In this document: positions 1 through 6,901 of the stretch, one piece after another | Numbering within the stretch: position 1 is the stretch's first letter | How the letters are laid out: every line of letters starts with the position of its first letter | Source: Candidatus Sumerlaeia bacterium | GTDB lineage: Bacteria; Sumerlaeota; Sumerlaeia; SLMS01 | Assembly (NCBI GenBank): GCA_038208905.1 | Contig: JBBQYG010000116.1 | Coordinates: 1 to 13,057 of the forward strand | Length of the DNA: 13,057 nucleotides | Direction of reading: 5' to 3' | Position numbers and translations under genes: made by a program | Notes under the pieces: model-generated | What the model was told of the DNA's origin: nothing | The model's database searches: none | Seen by the model: the letters and a program-made list of their open reading frames with translations, nothing else

Positions 1-49
1 GGCGGTTCAGGCCAGCAACGGCAAAGACGGCATCCGCATCCCGTTCTGA
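1..49 (+). CDS. 3' end of an upstream CDS (partial; ...AVQASNGKDGIRIPF*)
   Basis: Frame 2 is open from the left edge to TGA at 47-49, with mostly G/C third codon positions like the other genes here. Too short to assign a product. Confidence 0.5.
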   Translation, partial: AVQASNGKDGIRIPF

Positions 50-59
50 GGCCACTCCG

Positions 60-281
60 CTGATCCACAAGGTCTTCAAATGCGTCTGCAAGAATACGAC
101 GTTTGCGGATTGGCTGCGCGCGAAGAACGAGCACGGATGGACCCTTGAAGAGGCCGCGCGGGAGACGCTGTGCGGAGAGGGCTGTGGTATGTGCAAGCCC
201 TACCTGCGCGTGGTCGAGGCCACCGGCAGGACGGAGCTGCCGCCGATGATTCCGGAGGACCTGAACGATCTGGTTTCGTGA
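60..281 (+). CDS. Bfd-like [2Fe-2S]-binding small protein (73 aa), apparent CTG start
   Basis: Manual translation of frame 3: (M)IHKVFKCVCKNTTFADWLRAKNEHGWTLEEAARETLCGEGCGMCKPYLRVVEATGRTELPPMIPEDLNDLVS*. Cys pattern C8-X-C10-X31-C42-X2-C45 matches the Bfd-like C-X-C-X31/32-C-X2-C motif. GAGG at 48-51 lies 8 nt before CTG at 60. Absent from the ORF track. Confidence 0.8.
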   Translation: MIHKVFKCVCKNTTFADWLRAKNEHGWTLEEAARETLCGEGCGMCKPYLRVVEATGRTELPPMIPEDLNDLVS

Positions 282-314
282 CTGGCTCACGGGCAATCGC
301 GCCGCCGGGTGCCC

Positions 315-809
315 TCAGAACCAATCCTTACCCTGCACCGCGTAGATCTGATAGAAGTCCTCGTCGGACTTGGTCAGATAGATGATCCCCTCGATGAATC
401 CGATGATATTGAGGGCGAGGACTCCGAGGATGGGAACAATGAGACACATGCCCGTAACCAGACATACAAACCATGTGGCCAGCATGATAAACCCAGCCGT
501 GTTCCGGCCGATGATGAACTTGTGTATTCCGAATCCCCCGAAGAGGATCCCGATGACACCCGCAGTGATCTTCTTGCTCGCGAAGGCCTTCACCTCCGGG
601 CGGAAGGACGCATTTCCACCGGAGACGACGAGGCCAGTTGGCAGAGGCGCCTGAAGGTGTCCGCCACAGGATGGACACTGGACAGCGCTGCCTGCCTGCG
701 AACTCTGGATGGCCATCTGGGCCTGGCAGTGCGGACACCCGATAATCAACGGGGCCGGTGGAGCCGTTGATCGTTCTTGCGCCTGTGGGTATCCGGGAAT
801 CTCGCTCAA
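315..809 (-). CDS. TM2 domain membrane protein with N-terminal zinc ribbon
   Basis: CPHC...CPSC zinc-ribbon pair, then TM2-type SKKITAGVIGILFGGFGIHKFIIG and C-terminal IEGIIYLTKSDEDFYQIY..GKDWF. TTG start with GGAGG (820-816) 6 nt upstream. Confidence 0.85.
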   Translation of the reverse strand: MSEIPGYPQAQERSTAPPAPLIIGCPHCQAQMAIQSSQAGSAVQCPSCGGHLQAPLPTGLVVSGGNASFRPEVKAFASKKITAGVIGILFGGFGIHKFIIGRNTAGFIMLATWFVCLVTGMCLIVPILGVLALNIIGFIEGIIYLTKSDEDFYQIYAVQGKDWF

Positions 810-835
810 TCCAGCCCTCCAACGATGATTCTCCG

Positions 836-864
836 ACCGTCGCGAAAGAATGTGGCAGCGTCAA
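836..864 (-). promoter_or_regulatory. Candidate sigma70-type promoter for the TM2 gene
   Basis: TTGACG (864-859), 17 nt, GACGGT (841-836). Good -35, poor -10. Confidence 0.3.
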
Positions 865-910
865 TGCGCATAGATAGGGCCGTTTCGATGGACTCTGCGG
901 GATCGGCGCG

Positions 911-1816
911 ATGATCGGCCCACGTGCTGGCAGGCCGCTCGTAACCGGCATCGGCAGCCTCCCCTTCGCAACCGTCGAGGAGGCGATCCGCTTCGTCGAG
1001 GAAACTTCCCCGCTACTTCCCTACTTCCCACAGCTCCCGAATCGCTCCACCGGCGAGCTGATGCTCGCCCAACTCGTCGATGGGAACGACGCGGTCGCAT
1101 CCCTCTCGCGCGACGACGCAATCGCGACGCTGATCTCCGAGCCATCGATGCCGCAGCAATCCTTCTCCGCGTGGCTCGCGTTCCTTGCGGCGCTGGACGC
1201 GGGCGCTTTCCCCCATGCCACCGCCATCAAGAGCCAAGTCGTCGGCCCGATCACGGGAGGGCGATGGCTCGCCGCGGGGCGAGGGATCGAGGAGGAGATC
1301 GCGGATCGAGTGGTGCGCCTCGCGCTTATTCAAATCGCCGAATTGAAGCGGCGGTCAGCCCGTGTGATTCTGCAACTTGACGAGCCCGGATTATCGGATG
1401 CCACGCATACGGAACGCGCGAGACTCGCGCGCGCCGTGTCTACACTTCGCGACGCCGGGGCGATCACGATGATCCACTGCTGTGCGAGACTGGAGGAAGA
1501 CAGCGCGTTCTTTGCCGCAGGCGCCGACATCCTGTCGTTCGATGCGATGCTGAATCCACCGGAGACACCGCTCGTCGCAACCTTCGCGCGCCACCTGAAG
1601 GCGGGCGGAACCATCGCCTGGGGTCTGGCCCCGACCGGCCCTCGCCAAGATGGCGAAGGGGATGCTTGCCTTGCTGCCGCAACCGCTTGGCACGACGCCA
1701 TGGCCCGCGCTGGTCACACGATGGCGGGGCTCGCCACACCCGCGTGCGGCCTCGCGAATTGCGGCAGCGGCGAGCGGGCAGCGCAGATCATGGAGCTGTG
1801 CCGCGTACAGGGGTAG
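911..1816 (+). CDS. Single-barrel cobalamin-independent methionine synthase-like protein (core MetE / MesB-like)
   Basis: Motifs TGIGSLP, FPQLP, KSQVVGPIT, LQLDEP, IHCC, LSFD, IAWGLAP, TPACGL. H-x-C, acidic residue and final Cys match the MetE zinc site. 301 aa, no N-terminal MetE half. Confidence 0.8.
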   Translation: MIGPRAGRPLVTGIGSLPFATVEEAIRFVEETSPLLPYFPQLPNRSTGELMLAQLVDGNDAVASLSRDDAIATLISEPSMPQQSFSAWLAFLAALDAGAFPHATAIKSQVVGPITGGRWLAAGRGIEEEIADRVVRLALIQIAELKRRSARVILQLDEPGLSDATHTERARLARAVSTLRDAGAITMIHCCARLEEDSAFFAAGADILSFDAMLNPPETPLVATFARHLKAGGTIAWGLAPTGPRQDGEGDACLAAATAWHDAMARAGHTMAGLATPACGLANCGSGERAAQIMELCRVQG

Positions 1817-1843
1817 CGTGGGCGCTCGGGATTTGAAGAGCGG

Positions 1844-2839
1844 CTACTTCCCTGCTTCAGCGACTTCCAGAACGGACTCCGCGGGAACTGATGGTTCCAC
1901 TTTCGCCGCCTTGGGCTTCGCCTCTCCCGCCTTGCCGCTGAATTCTCCGCCGTCCTCCACGCTGAGCTTGGCAGGAGGAAGGCCAGTCATCTGGCGCAGC
2001 AGGCGGATGAGCGTGGGCCGCATTCGCTTGCGATCAACCACCATATCCACAAAGCCGTGATCGCGCTGGAATTCCGCTGTCTGGAAATTCGCGGGAAGCT
2101 GCTGCTTGATCGTCTGCTCGATGACGCGCTTGCCGGCAAAGCCGATGTTGGCGCCGGGCTCCGCGATGATGATGTCGCCGAGCGACGCAAAGCTCGCCAT
2201 CGTGCCGCCGGTGGAGGGATCGCACAGGATGCTGATGAAGGGAATTCCCGTCTCCTCCAACTTCGCGCAGAGGATCGACGTCTTGGCCATCTGCATGAGG
2301 GAAAGAATGCCCTCCTGCATGCGGGCTCCTCCACTGGCGGTCACGGTGATGCAGGGGATGTGTTCCTTCAGGGAGAGCTCCATCGTCCGCGCGATGCGCT
2401 CGCCGGTGGCCGCCCCCATCGAGCCGCCGATAAAGAAGAAATCCATCGCCGCGATCGCGATCGGCACCTCCCCGATCTCGCCGCGTCCGCAAATGACTGA
2501 TTCCGTCTCGCCGGTCTTCTCGGTGGAGGTCTTGATCTGGTCCGCATACCGCGCTTTCCCCTCGAACTTGAGCGGGTCCGCGGGCGTGATGCCGCCGAAC
2601 AACTCCTCGAAGCTGCCGGGATCGACAAGCTGGGTGATGCGCTCGCGCGCGCCCACGCGATCATGGCGTCCGCAGGCGGGGCACACGCTCAGCATGGCCT
2701 GAAAGTCCTTCCGCAGGGGCGTCGCGCCGCACTGGGGGCACTTGTGCCACAGGTCCTTGGGGATGCGGTCCTTGAGTTCCGGCGCGCGCGGCGTGGTGAT
2801 GTTGATGTATTCGGGAGTCGGCCTGCGGAACCAATGCAT
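1844..2839 (-). CDS. accD: Acetyl-CoA carboxylase carboxyltransferase beta subunit
   Basis: LWHKCPQC...CPAC zinc finger, GGSMG, SGGARMQEG, SLMQMAKTS, PSTGGTMASFA, AEPGANIGFAGKRVIEQT, HGFVDMVVDR. Start placed at ATG 2839 (MHWFRR), with GGAAGG upstream; the ORF track uses 2890. Confidence 0.97.
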   Translation of the reverse strand: MHWFRRPTPEYINITTPRAPELKDRIPKDLWHKCPQCGATPLRKDFQAMLSVCPACGRHDRVGARERITQLVDPGSFEELFGGITPADPLKFEGKARYADQIKTSTEKTGETESVICGRGEIGEVPIAIAAMDFFFIGGSMGAATGERIARTMELSLKEHIPCITVTASGGARMQEGILSLMQMAKTSILCAKLEETGIPFISILCDPSTGGTMASFASLGDIIIAEPGANIGFAGKRVIEQTIKQQLPANFQTAEFQRDHGFVDMVVDRKRMRPTLIRLLRQMTGLPPAKLSVEDGGEFSGKAGEAKPKAAKVEPSVPAESVLEVAEAGK

Positions 2840-2901
2840 GACGCGGGGGCCCTTCCGGGTGGGCTGGGGCGGACGACACACGTCTGCCATGTGAGGGCAT
2901 G

Positions 2902-2930
2902 AATGTCGGCCCGCCGGCGAAGCAGGTCAA
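2902..2930 (-). promoter_or_regulatory. Candidate sigma70-type promoter for accD
   Basis: TTGACC (2930-2925), 17 nt, GACATT (2907-2902), about 60 nt upstream of the accD start. Confidence 0.4.
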
Positions 2931-2992
2931 AAGGATTTCCCGCCGACCTGGCTCTGGCACCGGGGCCGAAACTTGCCATCCGCGAGGTTCCT

Positions 2993-3204
2993 GGGAGAAA
3001 ATCGTCCGACACGGGGACCCCGTTGACCGCCGTGCCGTCACTCGAGCCTCGCTTCACGCGATTTCCGGGAGGCTCAATCGCGTTCAAGAGTTTCCTTGCC
3101 TGCCTTGCAGTCGCAACGAGCGCGTTGAGCCATAGCCCGCGGCGACGTTTCCGAATTCGTGTTGGATGATTGATAGCTGCCCGTCCCATGATCCTCCGTC
3201 TCCC
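2993..3204 (-). ncRNA. Candidate ~212-nt rod-shaped structured RNA (6S-like architecture, family unassigned)
   Basis: Nested inverted repeats around ~3100: 2993-2998/3199-3204 (GGGAGA/TCTCCC), 3001-3005/3188-3192, 3011-3015/3180-3184, 3055-3058/3158-3161, 3066-3069/3136-3139, 3071-3082/3121-3131 (11 bp, one bulge), 3096-3103/3107-3116. The 5' end coincides with the expected +1 of the promoter at 3239-3211. Confidence 0.4.
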
Positions 3205-3210
3205 GTCGAC

Positions 3211-3239
3211 AGTATGGAGCACTGGAGCGGAATCGGCAA
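3211..3239 (-). promoter_or_regulatory. Sigma70-type promoter facing the intergenic structured element and accD
   Basis: TTGCCG (3239-3234), exactly 17 nt, CATACT (3216-3211). Predicted +1 at G3204. Confidence 0.55.
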
Positions 3240-3327
3240 AATTCAGTGGCGCCACATCGGCGGGGGACCCGATTGTCCTTGGGCCAACAACAGCCTGCGA
3301 CTATCCCCCCGCCAACGGTCCGTCACC

Positions 3328-4458
3328 ATGAAAATCAACAAGCCCCGCCACCCCATCGCCGTGATCGGCTCCGGCATTGCCGGGCTGGCGGCGGCCAACA
3401 CCCTCAGGGATATGCAGGTGCCCTGCGTCCTGGTCGAGCGTTTTGGGCGCCCCGGCGGGCGGATGAACACGCGCCCCGGCGACGGATGGACGGCGGACCA
3501 CGGAACGCGGTACATTCGGCGATCCGACCAGACGCTGGCGGCGCTTATCCGGTCCATTGGCTACGAGCAGCGTCGCGTCTCCGTGCAGGGCGGCGTGCAT
3601 CGCCTCCTGGCCAATGGCACCATCGAAGTCCCGCCCCACGGCGGGCTCGACCTCGACCGCATGTGCCTCGATCTGGGCTTCAACGTCCTGACGGCGGGGC
3701 TGGCGCATGGCATTCCGGCGATCTTTGACGCGCCGGTTGCGGCGATCCGGTGGGACAATAGCGCCAACGCCTTCTGGTGGGAGGAAGGCCAAGTCTTCTG
3801 GTTCGAGGACGACAAGGGTGAGCCGATCCGAGACCGCACGACGCGGGAGGTGCTCAAGGCCAGCGGCGTGATCCTTGCCACCACGGGAACCGCTGCGCAC
3901 GCCATCGCGGAGAATAGCCCCGCGCTCCACGATCTGGTCCCCGCACTTTCCGCTGTGAAGTACGACTCATGCTATGCGGCGATTTTCAAGGTTCCCCGCC
4001 AGCAGCCCCCGTTCTACGCCCTGGAGGGAGCGCCCGGCGCGCGCATCGCGTGGCTCGCTTTCGAGGACGCAAAGGCTCCCGAGCGCGCCGCGCCGGAGTA
4101 CTCCGTGGTGGTGGTCCAGGCCAGCGCCGCGTGGAGCGCGGAGCTGATGGCGAAGAGCGACGCCGAGGCGATAGAGGCTGTCTATACGGAGGCCCGCGCG
4201 GTGCTCTCCTTCCTGCCGGAATCGCCGATCTCCCAAACGTACAAGCGGTGGAACGTCTCCCAACTCGTGTCGGCGCCCATCGGCCTTCCCGACCGCTGGC
4301 CCGTGAACCCAGAGTCTGCCCCGTTTAGCCTCGCGGGCGACTATGTCCTCGGGCCCCGCGCCGAGGACGCCGCGCGCTCCGGCGTGGTGGCGGCCCGTCA
4401 GGTCGTCGCGCAGCTTCCCGCGCGGCGGTCGTTCCTCGGGCTCGAGCTGGGCGCATAG
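3328..4458 (+). CDS. FAD-dependent oxidoreductase, renalase-like (COG3380-type)
   Basis: IAVIGSGIAGLAAA (GxGxxG), GGRMNTR, ADHGTRY, C-terminal LAGDYVLGPRAEDAARSG. Start placed at ATG 3328 just before the dinucleotide-binding fold; the ORF track's 54-codon extension from 3166 is probably not translated. Confidence 0.88.
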   Translation: MKINKPRHPIAVIGSGIAGLAAANTLRDMQVPCVLVERFGRPGGRMNTRPGDGWTADHGTRYIRRSDQTLAALIRSIGYEQRRVSVQGGVHRLLANGTIEVPPHGGLDLDRMCLDLGFNVLTAGLAHGIPAIFDAPVAAIRWDNSANAFWWEEGQVFWFEDDKGEPIRDRTTREVLKASGVILATTGTAAHAIAENSPALHDLVPALSAVKYDSCYAAIFKVPRQQPPFYALEGAPGARIAWLAFEDAKAPERAAPEYSVVVVQASAAWSAELMAKSDAEAIEAVYTEARAVLSFLPESPISQTYKRWNVSQLVSAPIGLPDRWPVNPESAPFSLAGDYVLGPRAEDAARSGVVAARQVVAQLPARRSFLGLELGA

Positions 4459-4460
4459 CC

Positions 4461-4736
4461 GTGGATAGGCTGCTCCGCCGCGCGCTGCTGGCGGGGGTTC
4501 ACTTCTATCAGCGTTGGCTGGGCTGGCTGCTTGGCGGGCACTGCCGCTTTCAGCCAACGTGCTCGTGCTATGCGGAGGAAGCCCTCCAGCGCGGCCCGCT
4601 GATCCCCGCGCTGTGGCTGATCGTGTGGCGCCTCGCGCGGTGCCAGCCGCTTTGCAAGGGCGGCTTCGACCCCGTCCCCGAATGGATGAACAAGGCCCCG
4701 GAGCGAATGACCAACCCGCCGCAAGGCGAGGGTTAG
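4461..4736 (+). CDS. yidD: Membrane protein insertion efficiency factor YidD
   Basis: FYQRW...CRFQPTCSCYAEEAL...RLARCQP..KGGFDPVP signature. GTG start 2 nt after the oxidoreductase stop. Confidence 0.93.
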   Translation: MDRLLRRALLAGVHFYQRWLGWLLGGHCRFQPTCSCYAEEALQRGPLIPALWLIVWRLARCQPLCKGGFDPVPEWMNKAPERMTNPPQGEG

Positions 4737-6883
4737 GACCTTGCCCGCCGCAGCAGTTCGCGGATCTCGCGCTCCACCTCGCGGTCGCCGCCGCGATATC
4801 GCCACCGCGTGTACAGTTCGGCAAGCTGCTCGGAATCCGCGGCATCCAGTCCCCGGCGGTTTCCCTGCACGATGATGAGCCTGCCCGGCGAATCCGCGCC
4901 CGCCAGCCGGGGAATCTCTCCTCCAAGGGCGCGCAGGATATCCCGGAGGAGGCGCGGGGCCTCCGCGCGCGGCTCGGTCGCGCGGCTTGGTCGCGCCACC
5001 CTGGGACGGCGCAGATACAATAGCCAAGCAGCGCCATTAATCGCGGCCAGTATCAGCGCGGCGAGCAATACCACCGGCTCCGCAGCGTTGCGTGCGATGC
5101 GCGCGCCAGCCCGCAAGAGCGCGCCGCGCTCCCACGTGCGCAGGAACGACGCGACCTCGCGGCGCACGCGGGAGAGCACACGTCGCTGGTTCTCGTATCC
5201 ATATCCCTCGAAAGCCGTCGCGAGCGCCGCAGTCTGCTCATTGAACACCCTTCGCGCGGCGCCGCCCGCCAATTGGCCGGAGTCAGAGGAAAGCACGGGC
5301 GAGGGGGTGGGATCGAATGCCACCCAGCCGCGGCCCGGCAGCCAGGCCTCGACCCATGCGTGGGCGTCGCGGTGATGCACCGAGAGCAGATCCGTCGTTG
5401 AATCCATGCTCCCCGGGTTGAAGCCCGTGACGAGGCGCGATGGAATCCCCTCCACGCGAAGCGCCAGCGCATAGGCCGTCGCAAAAAGCTCGCAATGCCC
5501 GCGCAGCCCCTCGTCGATGAACCGGCGAATGGCGCCCGGGCCATCCTGATAGTCGCCGACCTCCAGCGTATAGACGCCGTTGCGGCGCAGCCACGACTGC
5601 AGGATGCGGGCCTTGTCCACCGGGAGCGTATCGACGTTGGGGACCACGCCGCGGATCGCGAGGCGCAGGGGCTCCTCCAGCGAGGCGGGCACCGCGAGAT
5701 GGCTTTGCAGCACGGGACCGTCCAGCAGCGGATAATCCGCGTCGGCGGCGGGGAACGACGTGGCAAGGACCGAGTAGGAGATCGGCGTTCGACCACCGCC
5801 AACGGATAGACGCCCATCAAGTTCCAGCGCGATCGTGCGCCCCGGTGGAATTCCATCCACCGCGTGGGCCGTCTCGGGCAGCGGCATCACTCCACCGGGG
5901 AGGTCCACGATCTCAATCTCGTACCAATCGCGGGGGCCGACGACGTCGACTGGCGCGGAGCCATCCTGCGCATCGCGCGGAGGGAAGGTCACCACGCCGC
6001 CCTTGTTTTCGAGAGCGGTCGCATCGGCCCGGGTCGCCAGTCGCTTCCAGTCCCATCCGTCGAAATCGTCCAGGACATTGACGCGATACCTCAACTCGCT
6101 CGGCGCGACGGCGGCGCCCTTCGCGACCACGCGGAAGGCGATGCCCTCCGTCAGCTTGATGTCGGCCATGCTGCGCAGGGAGACCGTCTCGGAGAAGCCT
6201 GCCTGCACCACGACCCTGTCGCGCGGCTCAAGGCGGAGGTCCTGCGATTCCATCGACGTGGGAGCGCGAAATCGCGGTGCGGCGAGAAAGACGAGCATCG
6301 TGACGAGCAGGAGGAGCGGGCTGACTCCCCACACCGAGCGCAACGACACGGGCGCAACTTCGTGCGGTGCGCGGCGAGCCGAAACCCCTGCGCGGAAATG
6401 CCCAAGCAAGTTGAGCAACTGGGCGCTGGCCACGCACCAGCCCACCAGGATCACCAGTCCCAGCAGGCCGCCACCCATCAAGCCGCCCACCAGCAGGAGC
6501 AGCGCGCCCAGCGCCCAGATCTGAAGGTGCTCGCGAAGCCCCCTCGGGCTGAACCAGTGCATGATCAACAGGAAAAGGCAGATCGAAACAAGCGCGAGAA
6601 AGGATGGAATCGCGCCCACCAAGTTCGCGACCGCCATGCAACCAATAAAGAGCCCCGCCGTCGCGCGCCAGACCGTGCGCAGCACCGGGAGCGGCGCCCG
6701 CAGCCCGAGGAACAACCCCGGTACAATGAGCAGCGCCGTCAGGAGTGGCAGGACCGGCCTGATACCCGGCACCGGAACCAGCAGGAACAGCGCATAGAGA
6801 GTTGTGAAGAGCGACGGAACGTCCAGCGAGCGGAGCGCGGAATCTGTGGCTCCCGTGGCGGGCTTGGGATTGGGCCGGTCCAT
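4733..6883 (-). CDS. TgpA-like membrane protein (DUF3488-type N-terminus + transglutaminase-like domain)
   Basis: About six N-terminal hydrophobic helices, GFSETVSL, LDDFDGWDW, GHCELFATAYALALRVEGIPSRLVTGF, HAWVEAW..GRGWVAFDPTP (Cys-His-Asp triad), late TM segment. GGAGG at 6897-6893, 9 nt before ATG. Confidence 0.9.
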   Translation of the reverse strand: MDRPNPKPATGATDSALRSLDVPSLFTTLYALFLLVPVPGIRPVLPLLTALLIVPGLFLGLRAPLPVLRTVWRATAGLFIGCMAVANLVGAIPSFLALVSICLFLLIMHWFSPRGLREHLQIWALGALLLLVGGLMGGGLLGLVILVGWCVASAQLLNLLGHFRAGVSARRAPHEVAPVSLRSVWGVSPLLLLVTMLVFLAAPRFRAPTSMESQDLRLEPRDRVVVQAGFSETVSLRSMADIKLTEGIAFRVVAKGAAVAPSELRYRVNVLDDFDGWDWKRLATRADATALENKGGVVTFPPRDAQDGSAPVDVVGPRDWYEIEIVDLPGGVMPLPETAHAVDGIPPGRTIALELDGRLSVGGGRTPISYSVLATSFPAADADYPLLDGPVLQSHLAVPASLEEPLRLAIRGVVPNVDTLPVDKARILQSWLRRNGVYTLEVGDYQDGPGAIRRFIDEGLRGHCELFATAYALALRVEGIPSRLVTGFNPGSMDSTTDLLSVHHRDAHAWVEAWLPGRGWVAFDPTPSPVLSSDSGQLAGGAARRVFNEQTAALATAFEGYGYENQRRVLSRVRREVASFLRTWERGALLRAGARIARNAAEPVVLLAALILAAINGAAWLLYLRRPRVARPSRATEPRAEAPRLLRDILRALGGEIPRLAGADSPGRLIIVQGNRRGLDAADSEQLAELYTRWRYRGGDREVEREIRELLRRARS

Positions 6884-6901
6884 GGTGGATGGCCTCCGCC
6901 G

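Noticed and set aside
76..385. ORF-track calls 76..324 (-) and 170..385 (+)
   Set aside because: No motifs; the frame-3 Bfd-like ORF at 60-281 explains this region better.
1844..1990. Ala/Glu/Lys/Pro-rich C-terminal tail of AccD
   Set aside because: Disordered tails of this kind are common in AccD from GC-rich bacteria.
3011..3023. Palindrome ACGGGG-A-CCCCGT as an operator
   Set aside because: Single instance, low complexity, and its left arm is already used in the candidate RNA stem.
3084..3100. Possible slippery site or readthrough TGA just before the pseudoknot-like element (minus strand A-GGA-AAC-TCT-TGA)
   Set aside because: Not a proper X XXY YYZ heptamer and not in the frame of the ATG at 3189.
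3259..3313. GGCGGGGG/CCCCCGCC inverted repeat upstream of the oxidoreductase
   Set aside because: Low-complexity G/C arms with a long loop; likely by chance.
3166..3327. N-terminal extension of the oxidoreductase ORF
   Set aside because: Atypical composition, precedes the GxGxxG fold that normally begins the protein, and overlaps the opposite-strand promoter.
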